Positions 62,508-64,000 of a stretch of 64,000 bases of DNA are shown here, one piece after another. This DNA is from Lama glama. Its lineage: Eukaryota. The DNA lies in the NCBI GenBank assembly GCA_028534125.1, contig CM052818.1, positions 19,966,001-20,030,000 on the forward strand, written 5' to 3'. Below the pieces are notes generated by a model, which worked only from the letters and a program-made list of their open reading frames with translations, searched no databases and was not told the DNA's origin. Position 1 is the first letter of the stretch. Every line of letters starts with the position of its first letter. The position numbers were made by a program, and so were the translations under genes.

Positions 62508-62970
62508 TGAAAACACTAATTTGAAAAGACATGTGCACCCCTCTGTTCACTGCAGCATTATTTAAAATATCCAAGATATAGAAACAACCTAGGTGTCTGT
62601 CAAGGGATAAAGATGTGATACACACACAATGGAATATTACTCAAACATAAAAAAGAATGAAATGCTGACATTTGTGGCAGTAAGGATGGACCTTGAGGAT
62701 TTTATGCTAAGTGATTTCATTCACATGTGGAATATGACAAAAGCAAAACCAACAAACAAGATAAAATAAGACAAAAACTTACAGATACAGTGAACTTACA
62801 GATTGGTGGTTACCAGAGGGGGAGGGCATTGAGGGTTAGGTGAAATGGATAAAGAGGTCGACTGCAAGGTGATGGCTGGTAACCAGTCTTGTGGTGGTGA
62901 TCATGCTGTAGTATATTCAGATGTTGAGTTGTAATGCTGTGGACTTGAAACTTCTTTTTTAAAAAAAGAT
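62508..62970 (+). mobile_element. L1MA9-like LINE-1 3' end
   Basis: aaagacatgtgcacccctctgttcactgcagcattattt...ggatggaccttgagga...ggtggttaccagaggggg...tggtgatcatgctgtag. Confidence 0.8.
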
Positions 62971-63189
62971 AGTTGATCAAGATCTCTTAAATGCCCCTTT
63001 CAGCTACATGATTCCATGATCTTACTTCATTTATTGCAGGGAAAAAAAAAAACTGTCCACAAAAAATCTTGTTTTTTTTGGATAACATGAAAACCCAAAT
63101 CTTTTGCATCTTTTGGGTTCTGTTCTCATATCTCACTCCTATATCTGTGTCAGTAGACGTTTCAAATGGTCACATTTCCGCTCATTCAG

Positions 63190-63677
63190 GAGGATAGTGG
63201 ACACTTGCTGTTTTTGTCTCCTCTGCCCTCTTTCCTGCCAGTTCTGCTCCTACTTTCTTTTAACAGCATTCAACCATCTCAGTCAGACCAATGGTAGATG
63301 TCGGCCCGAACGTAGCCAATGAGAAAACTTCCTTGAGACTCTTCTCTGAGGGAGCTAAGCTGGAGCTTTCTCCTTCTATGGACTCACAGCTGAATACTTG
63401 AAATGACATTAAGTCTGGAGCCATCTGTGCCACTTCTGTTGCCCATCTGTGCAAGGAGGCCGTGTGGGGTGAGGAATGAGGCTCACATTCAGAGGATGGG
63501 TGTGGTACCAGGTGGAAGGTAGCACTGTTTGAGCTCTTGGATCCATCTGACCCAACGCCTGATCCACCCTTTTGTTTCTTCCCCTCAGTCACATGAACCA
63601 ATCTATTTGTTTTCTTGTGTGAGCCAGTTTCAGTTTGATTTCTGTCCTTTGCTTCAGAAGAAGTCCTGATTCATACA
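63190..63677 (+). mobile_element. MaLR LTR (MLT1K/L-like)
   Basis: 3' end cagtcacatgaaccaat...agccagtttcagtttgatttctgtcctttgc...gaagtcctgattcataca. Confidence 0.6.
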
Positions 63678-63966
63678 ATGGGTATGACATTTGGATGGTT
63701 TTCTAAGAATGCTACTTTGGATCCAGATCTGTTAACAAGAACTCTTGTTTTTTAGAAAAAAGCAATTGTGTTCCTTTCTTCTTTCCAAAAGTATTTATTG
63801 GGCACAAAAAATGTGACATGTACAATGTTAGATCTGGAAGTAACAATTGCAACTCATATCTGTAACAAGTTGTCCTTCAAGTTTTTCCAATTTTTGTTTA
63901 GTGTAAAAAATAGAACATTGGGTTCCTCTTCGAAAAGTTCTGTTTAACAATGTATTTTTTTTATGT

Positions 63967-64000
63967 GGGAGGGTATAGCTCAGTGGCAGAGCACATGCTT
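63967..64000 (+). mobile_element. 5' part of a second tRNA-Ala-derived vic-1-like SINE, cut by the window edge
   Basis: gggagggtatagctcagtggcagagcacatgctt. Confidence 0.75.

Noticed and set aside
1..64000. EPAS1 or ATP6V1E2 exons; prokaryote-type systems such as CRISPR arrays or operons
   Set aside because: No matching peptides or repeat-spacer arrays were seen. This is mammalian intergenic DNA and the neighbouring genes are inferred only from synteny.

Overview
Mammalian genomic DNA, very probably camelid: it carries tRNA-Ala-derived vic-1-like SINEs and a young L1 family, and I saw no Alu, BovB/Bov-tA or PRE-1. The only protein-coding gene I can support is TMEM247 (minus strand, 3 coding exons, 243 aa, all GT-AG phase-0 junctions). 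From recalled human synteny, ATP6V1E2 should lie off the left edge and EPAS1 off the right edge; neither is in the window. The rest is intergenic and rich in repeats (L1, L2, CR1/L3, MIR, MaLR/ERV LTRs, hAT fossils); repeat subfamily names are recognised by eye and are provisional. The most notable items missed by the ORF track are: a 5'-truncated PHF10 retrocopy with TSD and poly(A) carrying clustered G-to-A changes suggestive of APOBEC3 editing; an orphan CpG-rich promoter-like element with an overlapping CLEAR/E-box palindrome and a perfect DR5 retinoic-acid element; a tail-less internal L1 RT fragment inside a perfect 14-bp TSD; a twin-primed L1; a divergent CTCF motif pair; and a probable LTR-donated poly(A) signal for TMEM247. 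I found no evidence for a wholly new multi-gene system.
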